Source of the DNA: Thainema sp. | Lineage (GTDB): Bacteria; Cyanobacteriota; Cyanobacteriia; Phormidesmidales; Phormidesmidaceae | Assembly (NCBI GenBank): GCA_052168235.1 | Contig: JBQLZK010000038.1 | Coordinates: forward strand, 1 to 46,717 | Direction: 5' to 3' | DNA: 46,717 bases | Shown: positions 20,485 through 28,655 of the stretch, in pieces | How positions within the stretch are numbered: position 1 is the first letter of the stretch | How the letters are laid out: every line of letters begins with the position of its first letter | Made by a program: the position numbers and the translations under genes | The notes under the pieces: generated by a model | The model's input: only the letters and a program-made list of their open reading frames with translations | Databases searched by the model: none | Told to the model about the DNA's origin: nothing

Positions 20485-20698
20485 AGCAAAATAATCGCTT
20501 TCCGGATGATTGTTCAAGGGGATTTTGGTAAATGTTCAGTCCCAAATAGGACATGCGCCCTAATAAAGATTACTGGAGTCATTCCCGCCCCAAAGAGACT
20601 GTATAGCAGAAATACACGCGTACTAATCCTGTCTAGAGAGAGACGGCAACGCCCAATCAGATGCGTTACAAGGGAAATGGAAAGATGGGAGATTAAAC

Positions 20699-21082
20699 AT
20701 GCCTGTAAAAGAGCTACGTAAGAGCACCATGATGGCACATTTGCTAGATGCGTTGGATGCCGACCAGGATATTCAACATTATGGAAGACTTGTTTTTGCG
20801 ATGGTCGCGCACCATTTTATGGACGAGGAGGAACTAGTAAGCTATCTACAAAAAGGTGGCCATATCAGTGAAGCAGAGGCTCGATCGCTTTATCAGCAGG
20901 TGCAAGCAAAAGACTACAACCCACCCAAACGCGATCGCATTTTGGAGTGGCAGCAGCAGCAAGAGTTTACCATCTGTCCCAATGCCGATGATCCAGATGC
21001 GTGTAATGTTTACAAGGATCTACAGTTTCCAGATCAAGTGTATGAGCACATTTCAGAATATTATGAGCAGAAAGCAACCTAG
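20699..21082 (+). CDS. Hypothetical protein
   Basis: 127 aa with GGGAG SD; HYGRLVF, YNPP and ICP....D.CNVY motifs. Confidence 0.8.
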   Translation: MPVKELRKSTMMAHLLDALDADQDIQHYGRLVFAMVAHHFMDEEELVSYLQKGGHISEAEARSLYQQVQAKDYNPPKRDRILEWQQQQEFTICPNADDPDACNVYKDLQFPDQVYEHISEYYEQKAT

Positions 21083-21110
21083 TAAAAGCAGCTTGTTTGA
21101 TAGTTTGCCG

Positions 21111-21446
21111 TCATGAGAGAGAGGAGAGTTGCTGTAGGGGATACCTGGCTCTAGTTTTGAGGATATTCAAATTATCCACTTGTGCCAGTAAGCGGTCGAG
21201 TGTTGCAGTTTCGCTAGCGGACAACTGATCTTCTGTATTCTGAGCTAGTAGCGCGCCAAGTTGAGTTTGTTCAGCCGAAGCAAGCTGACTGTTGGCTAAT
21301 GCCTGTAATTCCTCCAAGCTTAAGCCTGTCAAAAGCTCCTCGTCAGATGTAGCAGGACTCACAAGACGGTGATGGGTTTCCAAATCAAGCAAAACCCCGA
21401 CTCGCTCTCCTTGTTGATTTGTTATGTACTGCACAGCTTCAGACAT
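21111..21446 (-). CDS. Hypothetical protein with antitoxin-like N-terminus
   Basis: VQYITNQQGERVGVLLDLE resembles N-termini of small antitoxin-like proteins; no adjacent toxin recognised. Confidence 0.65.
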   Translation of the reverse strand: MSEAVQYITNQQGERVGVLLDLETHHRLVSPATSDEELLTGLSLEELQALANSQLASAEQTQLGALLAQNTEDQLSASETATLDRLLAQVDNLNILKTRARYPLQQLSSLS

Positions 21447-21619
21447 GACTCTCTCTATTCAAGTTAGATTAATTCTGACAGGGTTGAGTAAAAATCACTG
21501 TCACTTCATGGACTTTCTTCATGTCGATTATTTACACAGTTTTTGAAGTGTGGTCGAATTTAGCGTCCCGTGCCAAAATAATACAGATGAATAATTTAGT
21601 TATTGTAAGAGGCTAAGGT

Positions 21620-22627
21620 ATGCGATATGCAGTTTGGAATAATAAAGGTGGAGTTGGTAAAACCTTTCTTTCATTTGTATTAAGCACAGAATTTTCTCAT
21701 GCCTTTCCCAGTAGAAATGTAATTTTAGTAGATATGTGTCCACAAGCCAATGTTTCAGAGATTATTCTCGGTGGCAATGGATCGGGTGGTGCTGAAAAGC
21801 TTAATCAGCTTATTGAAGATAGGAAAACAGTGGGAGGGTATTTTGATGAACGTATTAATTCACCACAAAAGCCTACTGAGACGGAAACAAACTATTTACT
21901 AAAAGTACAAGATTACAACTCTAATGTGCCTCCCAATTTGTGGTTGCTTGCTGGTGATCCAAGCCTCGAAATTCAAGCCCAAGTTATTAGCCAGATTAGT
22001 GCACAAACTTTGCCTGTAGAATCATGGAAGAATGTTCATAACTGGTTAAAAGATCTTGTATTAAGCTGTTCAGACAAATTAGGAGAAGATGTAACAGTTT
22101 TTATTGATTGCAATCCTAGTTTTTCAGCATATACGGAGCTTGCGCTTGCAGCAGCAGAACGAATTATTGTACCTTGTACAAGCGATGATTCTTCAGCTAG
22201 AGCTATCAATAATATCGGTGCACTAATATATGGAGTTGGTGTTGATTCCGCTTATAGTACCGTGAATTTTTCTGGTAAGGCAAAAGTATTTGATATGCCT
22301 TTGCCAGAGCTACATTGCGTTGTTTTAAATCGCTCAACTCAATACAATCAAAAAGCAAGTAAGGCTTTTGCTGCTATGTTTAAGGCTATTCAGGAAAGAG
22401 TGAATGATTTGGGGGAAAAAGAAACATTTGTTGCTTCAGGTGAAGAGGTTAGCTTTCAAGAGATCCCAGATAGTCATTCTGTTACGATTGTTTGTTCCCA
22501 TTTAGGAAAGCCTTTGTACAGTATTACACCAGGTAAATACGAGGTTTACGATACAAATCCTCAAGTGAATTCAGAGCCTATAGATCGATATAAAGAAGCA
22601 GTAGCTGCTTTGCTCTCAAAGATTTAA
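21620..22627 (+). CDS. ParA/Soj-family ATPase (orphan, AT-rich)
   Basis: NNKGGVGKT deviant Walker A, VDMCPQAN, FIDCNPS; no parB nearby. Confidence 0.88.
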   Translation: MRYAVWNNKGGVGKTFLSFVLSTEFSHAFPSRNVILVDMCPQANVSEIILGGNGSGGAEKLNQLIEDRKTVGGYFDERINSPQKPTETETNYLLKVQDYNSNVPPNLWLLAGDPSLEIQAQVISQISAQTLPVESWKNVHNWLKDLVLSCSDKLGEDVTVFIDCNPSFSAYTELALAAAERIIVPCTSDDSSARAINNIGALIYGVGVDSAYSTVNFSGKAKVFDMPLPELHCVVLNRSTQYNQKASKAFAAMFKAIQERVNDLGEKETFVASGEEVSFQEIPDSHSVTIVCSHLGKPLYSITPGKYEVYDTNPQVNSEPIDRYKEAVAALLSKI

Positions 22628-22637
22628 GTATATTCTA

Positions 22638-22676
22638 ATCAAGAGTGCGCTAAGGCAAATATTAGGCACTCTTGAT
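22638..22676. terminator. Hairpin between convergent parA-like and Ro-like genes
   Basis: ATCAAGAGTGC...GCACTCTTGAT. Confidence 0.55.
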
Positions 22677-22680
22677 ATAT

Positions 22681-24150
<1,470 letters not shown>

Positions 24151-24245
24151 CTAAGTTTTGAGTTAAAAATCAATTCAAGACTCAAAATTCATCATTCAAA
24201 ACCCTTAATAAGGAGGCAGATGCTGCACGCAGCGGTGATGAGTCA

Positions 24246-24433
24246 CCGCGCAAGTTACAGAAGCTAAGTCAGTACTGAGTTACAAGTGCTGAGCTGCTTG
24301 CTCAGTCCTCAGTCCTCATCCCTCAGTCCTAACCTTTTGCCTGCTATGGGTCTCAGGCTTGCAGCGTACACCCCAGTGTACGCACCAGTTTGTGTTTTGG
24401 TAGGGTATGTAAGCTTCTGCGATCGGGGCGCGG
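24246..24433 (-). ncRNA. Y-RNA-like unit U2 (three-hairpin cargo, unidentified; contains a heptamer-repeat insertion)
   Basis: 5' CCGCGC-CCCGAUCGCAGAAGCUUACAUAC ... AGCUUCUGUAACUU-GCGCGG 3'; same scaffold as U1, U3, U4 and U5. Confidence 0.75.
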
Positions 24434-24457
24434 CAACAACTGCCAGTACTAAAAGAT

Positions 24458-24604
24458 CACTTCGTGCAAGTCGAAAAAGCTGTTGTTTCATACACAGGAT
24501 TCGTAGCTTGCTTCCGCGAAGCGGTACCTATGACTGATCGATCCAAAATCGATTGCTCTACCACTGAGCCAGTATGTAAGCTTTTGGGGTTAGGGCACGA
24601 AGTG
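24458..24604 (-). ncRNA. Y-RNA-like unit U3 with embedded tRNA-like cloverleaf (anticodon UUG), T-loop interrupted
   Basis: Stem CACUUCGUGC/GCACGAAGUG; D arm UGGCUCAGUGGUAGAGC; anticodon arm AUCGA-UUUUGGA-UCGAU; T arm AUAGGU[22-nt insert]CGAAUCCUGU. Confidence 0.8.
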
Positions 24605-24608
24605 GGAA

Positions 24609-25340
24609 TTAATTAATTTGATTCAGTTTTTCTTGAATTATTTTGATTTCGCGCTTGTTGCACTGTCGCTTATGGGCAGCATAGAGTTGATTACTAGAAT
24701 GTTTAGATTCTGGTGTAACCGTAGCTCGATGTAGTACATCAAACACAATTTCAGTTGTTGGTACATCTTGATAGGTAATCAAGTACCAAATATCATCAAT
24801 TTTGCGATACTGATGATATGCATCTAGATTCAAACAATCCAACTGCCGATTTGGCTTGGAAGTTGAATCTACAAAAGATGTTGGATCAATATCCTTTACA
24901 TCACAGAGAATACCTGTTTCAGAATGAACATAGAGCTGTAATTGATAACTCCGTGTTAGCCGATATCCTCCATCTGATTTCCGATAAGGAATACCATCAA
25001 TTAGTTCAACATGTCGCTCAACGTAATGCCACACATGGCTCAGGATATGCTGTCCCGATAATGTACTGGTGTCTAGCTGCTGACATAGTTTGCTGTAGAC
25101 ATCGTTCCACGGTTGTCCAACCTGCGATCGCAAATATCGACGTAGGGGAGCAAGATGATCCGAGAAATACTTCGACTTATTTCTAGGTTTAATCAAATAA
25201 GGTCGGAGTAAACCATCTTCGCTTGCTTCTTCGGTTAGTTTATGTAATTGTTTCTTAAAGCCTTTCACTTTTCTCAGGCTTATTCGCATCCCATATCGAG
25301 GACGCTCAATCACAATTTCACTTAAACGATGTTCGCTCAT
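24609..25340 (-). CDS. Basic hypothetical protein (243 aa) within the RNA array
   Basis: MSEHRLSEIVIERPR...DHLAPLRRYLRSQVGQPWNDVYS...LYVH..TGIL; start at 25340 because the longer ORF runs into RNA U4. Confidence 0.8.
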   Translation of the reverse strand: MSEHRLSEIVIERPRYGMRISLRKVKGFKKQLHKLTEEASEDGLLRPYLIKPRNKSKYFSDHLAPLRRYLRSQVGQPWNDVYSKLCQQLDTSTLSGQHILSHVWHYVERHVELIDGIPYRKSDGGYRLTRSYQLQLYVHSETGILCDVKDIDPTSFVDSTSKPNRQLDCLNLDAYHQYRKIDDIWYLITYQDVPTTEIVFDVLHRATVTPESKHSSNQLYAAHKRQCNKREIKIIQEKLNQIN

Positions 25341-25427
25341 GGTTTGAAGTTTCCAACCTACAGACTGGTTTCCCAGTAGTGTGCAAGCTTTGCAAGTCAG
25401 AGTACGGAAATGATTAGTGATAAACGA

Positions 25428-25609
25428 TTTCATGCAAGTCAGCAAAAGCGATTGACAGCTTACGGTCGCTCTTACCAACAAAGTTGGCAGCGGGCACGTA
25501 TGCTAGATCTGCGAGAGACCTAGAATCACACTTCGCTGGTTCGATCGCTCGAACTTCGCTACCTTAGGACCGTTATTCGTGTGTATGCTTCTGCGGTCGG
25601 GGCACGAAA
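25428..25609 (-). ncRNA. Y-RNA-like unit U4 carrying a circularly permuted 23S domain IV (H67-H71) mimic
   Basis: Stem UUUCGUGC/GCAUGAAA; AUAACGGUCCUAAGGUAGCGAA at 25576-25555; UGCCCGCUGCC...GGUAAGAGCGACCGUAA at 25496-25460. Confidence 0.85.
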
Positions 25610-25618
25610 GAAATCTTC

Positions 25619-25834
<216 letters not shown>

Positions 25835-25845
25835 TCATCGAATAG

Positions 25846-25916
25846 GTGAGGCGTGAGGAGCGAGGCGTGAGGCGAGTTTCAGTAACTCAGCATTCAGCAC
25901 TTTCTACTCAGCACTA
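25846..25916. repeat. Heptamer-repeat (STRR-like) tract
   Basis: GTGAGGC-type x4 followed by ACTCAGC-type x4. Confidence 0.65.
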
Positions 25917-26008
25917 AATTTCTGGGTTGCTTCATCTGGGGATGAATTTGGATATAGGAGTGGTGCCCCTAAATCTCAGTTCATCCCTAAAATCAGCAAT
26001 GCCAAGTT

Positions 26009-26085
26009 TGGGGTGACTGACGAGAGTCGAACTCGCTAACACTGGTGTCACAAACCAGCCCCTCCACCGCTTCGGGTTCAGTCAC
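26009..26085 (-). tRNA. trnH: tRNA-His (GUG), CCA encoded, no genomic G-1
   Basis: GTGACTG/CAGTCAC acceptor, C73, CCA; CTGGT-TTGTGAC-ACCAG anticodon arm; GCGAG-TTCGACT-CTCGT T arm. Confidence 0.9.
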
Positions 26086-26087
26086 AG

Positions 26088-26161
26088 TGGATTCTGGTCG
26101 GATTTGAACCGACATCTTTCTGCTTGCAAGGCAGATGCTTTCCCAATTAAGCTACAGACCC
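26088..26161 (-). tRNA. trnA: tRNA-Ala (UGC) with 1-nt bulge in acceptor stem
   Basis: GGGTCTG...TAGCTTAATTGGGAAAGC; TCTGC-CTTGCAA-GCAGA; GTCGG-TTCAAAT-CCGAC; 3' CAGA(A)TCCA. Confidence 0.85.
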
Positions 26162-26171
26162 AAGATGAGGG

Positions 26172-26277
26172 TAATATCAATTCCGTGTATAAGAACCCTG
26201 TTTATTTTTTGTGAAATGCTTACTAAGCAAGCATTTCACAAAAAATAAACAATGGGTTTTTAACCGGATTTTATATA
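26172..26277. repeat. Palindromic MITE-like element (family copy 2, inverted relative to the 10314 copy)
   Basis: GTTTATTTTTTGTGAAATGCTT...AAGCATTTCACAAAAAATAAAC. Confidence 0.75.
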
Positions 26278-26280
26278 AAT

Positions 26281-26400
26281 GTCGTGCAAGTTGAAAAAGC
26301 TGTTGATTCATACACAGGACTTGAACCTGCAATCGACTGTTCTAGAGACAGTTGCCCTACCATTAGGCGAGTATGTAAGCTTTTTCGATCAGGGCACGAC
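26281..26400 (-). ncRNA. Y-RNA-like unit U5 with embedded tRNA-like cloverleaf (anticodon CUA)
   Basis: Stem GUCGUGC/GCACGAC and AAAAAGCU/AGCUUUUU; D arm GCCU-AAUGGU-AGGGC; ACUGU-CUCUAGA-ACAGU; GCAGG-UUCAAGU-CCUGU; acceptor CAUAC/GUAUG continues into the scaffold with no CCA. Confidence 0.85.
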
Positions 26401-26402
26401 AA

Positions 26403-26473
26403 CGCACAGACGAGGATTTGAACCTCGAACTACGGTTTTGGAGACCGTTGTGTTGCCGTTACACTATCCGTGC
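26403..26473 (-). tRNA. trnW: tRNA-Trp (CCA)
   Basis: GCACGGA/TCTGTGC acceptor, G73; ACGGT-CTCCAAA-ACCGT; CGAGG-TTCAAAT-CCTCG. Confidence 0.93.
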
Positions 26474-26556
26474 AAGAGAGGATTAAGTGCTGAGGGCTGA
26501 ACGCTGAGGGCCAAGTAAGAATTGTGAAATTGGCTTAGCTCCTTTGCGCTGTGTTG

Positions 26557-26603
26557 ATACTACAATAATACGTATACTACAAAACGTCAAGGGATATACT
26601 ACA
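26557..26603 (-). promoter_or_regulatory. Sigma70-type promoter of the tRNA/ncRNA/Ubl/Ro operon overlapped by three TGTAGTAT boxes
   Basis: -35 TTGACG (26590-26585), 17-nt spacer, -10 TATTGT (26567-26562); ATACTACA at 26557, 26574 and 26596. Confidence 0.75.
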
Positions 26604-26879
26604 ACTTTTTTGGAAGACGACCAGATCCTTATGAGGCAAGGATTTGAAGGTAGCATCTTGAGCTGATTATGATCTACTACAAATGTTTTTGTACAAATTT
26701 CTGCTGTGAGTAAAAAGTGCGATCGCACTATGCATCACACCTCGTAGAGGCAAGCAGCCATTTACCCAGTGCAGCATTGCCCCCATTTTTGCCCGCTTTG
26801 CAATCTCTATCTGCCATTTGATACGGTTAACTCAACCAAACCAAAGTAGTATGGTCGCAAGCAAGTACGGTGGTGAACA

Positions 26880-27341
26880 ATGGCAGACGAACTCAGGACA
26901 TTCAAGATTGATTCTGAGCAGTGGCAGGCGTTCGAAGAGAAGGCAACTGCTAACGGCACTACTGCATCAGAGCTGCTAGAGAGCTATGTACAGCAGTACA
27001 TAAGCGATGATCCAGATAGTAAGTCAGATAGGGTTGATCAGCGCATCAATGCCATTCTGGAACAGCGTTTGGAAGGCTTTGGCGCTCGCTTGTCACAGGT
27101 CGAACAACGCCTAAATGATGATGCAGCTCATCCAAGACAACACATCGGTGAAGGTCTGGGCAATATAGACAAGCATTTGGATCAGCATTTAGGTGATATA
27201 GATGAACACCTGGTCGCCTATCTCGATAATCCAAACGAAACAGAAAAGAAATCTCACCTGCCAAGACAGGCTGTAGAGATTCTAAAAGATCGCCAAGGCG
27301 AGCAGCGACCATCTCAACGCCAACGAGATAGTAACCGTTGA
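26880..27341 (+). CDS. Ribbon-helix-helix (CopG/Arc-like) protein with coiled-coil C-terminus
   Basis: LRTFKID strand, SEQWQAFEEKATANG helix, TASELLESYVQQYI helix. Confidence 0.7.
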   Translation: MADELRTFKIDSEQWQAFEEKATANGTTASELLESYVQQYISDDPDSKSDRVDQRINAILEQRLEGFGARLSQVEQRLNDDAAHPRQHIGEGLGNIDKHLDQHLGDIDEHLVAYLDNPNETEKKSHLPRQAVEILKDRQGEQRPSQRQRDSNR

Positions 27342-27523
27342 TCTCAATCAGCTTGAGTGACTGATATTTGTGCGATCGCGCTTCTCTACATGAAATTTCT
27401 CGATAGAGCTGCGGGTGCGATCGCACCCTATCAAACCTTGTAGGGGCAAATGGCCATTTGCCCAATGCAGCACCCACAACACAGAATAATCTAGCTAAAT
27501 TTCCAACCTTTCCGGAATCGCCG

Positions 27524-27553
27524 TTGACGCTATGTAGTACAAGAATGTAGTAT
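27524..27553 (+). promoter_or_regulatory. Promoter of the DIP1984-ncRNA-rtcB unit overlapped by two TGTAGTA(T/C) boxes
   Basis: -35 TTGACG 27524-27529, 18-nt spacer, -10 TAGTAT 27548-27553; TGTAGTAC at 27533 and TGTAGTAT at 27546. Confidence 0.75.
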
Positions 27554-27583
27554 AAACTCATCCGTAGAGAAGCGGTAAAGAAA

Positions 27584-28042
27584 ATGAAGCTAGCAGAAGC
27601 CCTGATTGTGCGGGCAGATTGTCAAAAGCGGATTGCTCAACTTCAGCAGCGCCTCATGCGGAGCGCCAAAGTGCAAGAAGGCGAGCAAGCGCCCGAAAAC
27701 CCACAGGAACTGCTGGCTGAGCTAGATGCAGCAATTGTTGAACTGACTCAACTCATCCAGCAAATTAATAAAACCAACGCTATTACCTCCTTGCAGGATC
27801 AGACTCTGTCTGAAGCCCTCGCCCAGCGGGACACCCTGCAAACGAAGCGCAATATTTACAGTCGCTTAATTGAAGCAGCAGCGATTCAGCCAACTCGCTA
27901 TAGTCAATCTGAAGTCCGCTTTGTCAGCACCGTCAACATCGCCGAACTTCAGCGCCAAGTGGATACACTGGCTCGCGACTATCGCGTTCTGGATTCTGCG
28001 ATTCAGGAGATCAACTGGCAAGTTGATTTACTCGATAATTAA
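27584..28042 (+). CDS. DIP1984-family coiled-coil protein
   Basis: MKLAEAL..RAD.QKRI.QL..R......VQEG..P.E.P..L...IN.TN...RYS.SE....S......LD..IQ..NW..DL. Confidence 0.88.
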   Translation: MKLAEALIVRADCQKRIAQLQQRLMRSAKVQEGEQAPENPQELLAELDAAIVELTQLIQQINKTNAITSLQDQTLSEALAQRDTLQTKRNIYSRLIEAAAIQPTRYSQSEVRFVSTVNIAELQRQVDTLARDYRVLDSAIQEINWQVDLLDN

Positions 28043-28574
28043 CGGAAACTGTATCGCCTCATACTAACCACATCCGGCTCTCCTCGCTCTATGGGCTACT
28101 GTTTATACATAAGTCTCCTAGACTTCGTTTCGACATTGAGATCCCCCCTAGCCCCCCTTAAAAAGGGGGGAATTGGCTCAAAGTTCCCCCTTTTTAAGGG
28201 GGATTTAGGGGGATCAGTCCGGGGTTTATAAAGACTATTCAGAAGTATATAAGCAGTAGCCCTATGGGCGAGGGGCTGGGGGTGAGAGCAACAGCAGGTA
28301 GCTCATTCATCACGAAGCGAACACAACCCGCCAACGGGGTTCAGTTGGAACTTACCAATCTAGAAAATTGGTCTTTGGTTGCACCGGGGCAGTGCGGTGG
28401 GTTCGATTCCCCTTACAACTGATGCCCAGCATTGTTACAGGCGTACTGTGCATTGTTATCGCGTACTACCACGTGTTGATCGAGATGAATGAGTGAGGGT
28501 GGGTTCGGGGTTTACGCTGTTGATCCGGTGAGCATCAACTCAAAATATTAGGTGGGGGCAGGTTGAGCCGTTAA
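28039..28574 (+). ncRNA. Candidate large structured RNA between the DIP1984 gene and rtcB with a tRNA-like subdomain
   Basis: Long-range pairs TTAACGG/CCGTTAA, CTCATTCATC/GATGAATGAG and TCAGTTG/CAACTGA; T-loop GGGTTCGATTCCC; anticodon-like ACCAAT-CTAGAAA-ATTGGT. Confidence 0.6.
28078..28288. repeat. Nested cyanobacterial palindromic repeats inserted in the DIP1984-rtcB spacer
   Basis: Inner ATCCCCCCTAGCCCCCCTTAAAAAGGGGGGA...TCCCCCTTTTTAAGGGGGATTTAGGGGGAT inside GGGCTACTG/CAGTAGCCC and CCTCGC/GCGAGG arms. Confidence 0.75.
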
Positions 28575-28655
28575 ATAATTGGTTTAGATCACAATTGATC
28601 AACGAAACCTGCTTCTACAGAAGGCACATCTTTCAATGGTTCAAGGAGAATCAAC

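Noticed and set aside
20185..20494. Short ORFs 20185-20439 and 20228-20494, and likewise 24286-24537, 24309-24491 and 26279-26500
   Set aside because: They overlap the structured RNAs, tRNAs or palindromic repeats and have no recognisable protein features.
25341..25481. N-terminal extension of the 24609-25481 ORF
   Set aside because: It starts at a TTG inside RNA U4; the ATG at 25340 gives a more plausible protein.
26305..26378. Functional amber-suppressor or pyrrolysine tRNA
   Set aside because: Only about 5 acceptor pairs continue into the scaffold with no discriminator/CCA end, and no pyl genes are present; treated as tRNA-like cargo.
27530..27553. Cyanobacterial LexA box at the rtcB promoter
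   Set aside because: AGTAC is present but the second half-site spacing does not fit RGTAC-N3-DGTWC; the TGTAGTA direct repeat explains the site better.
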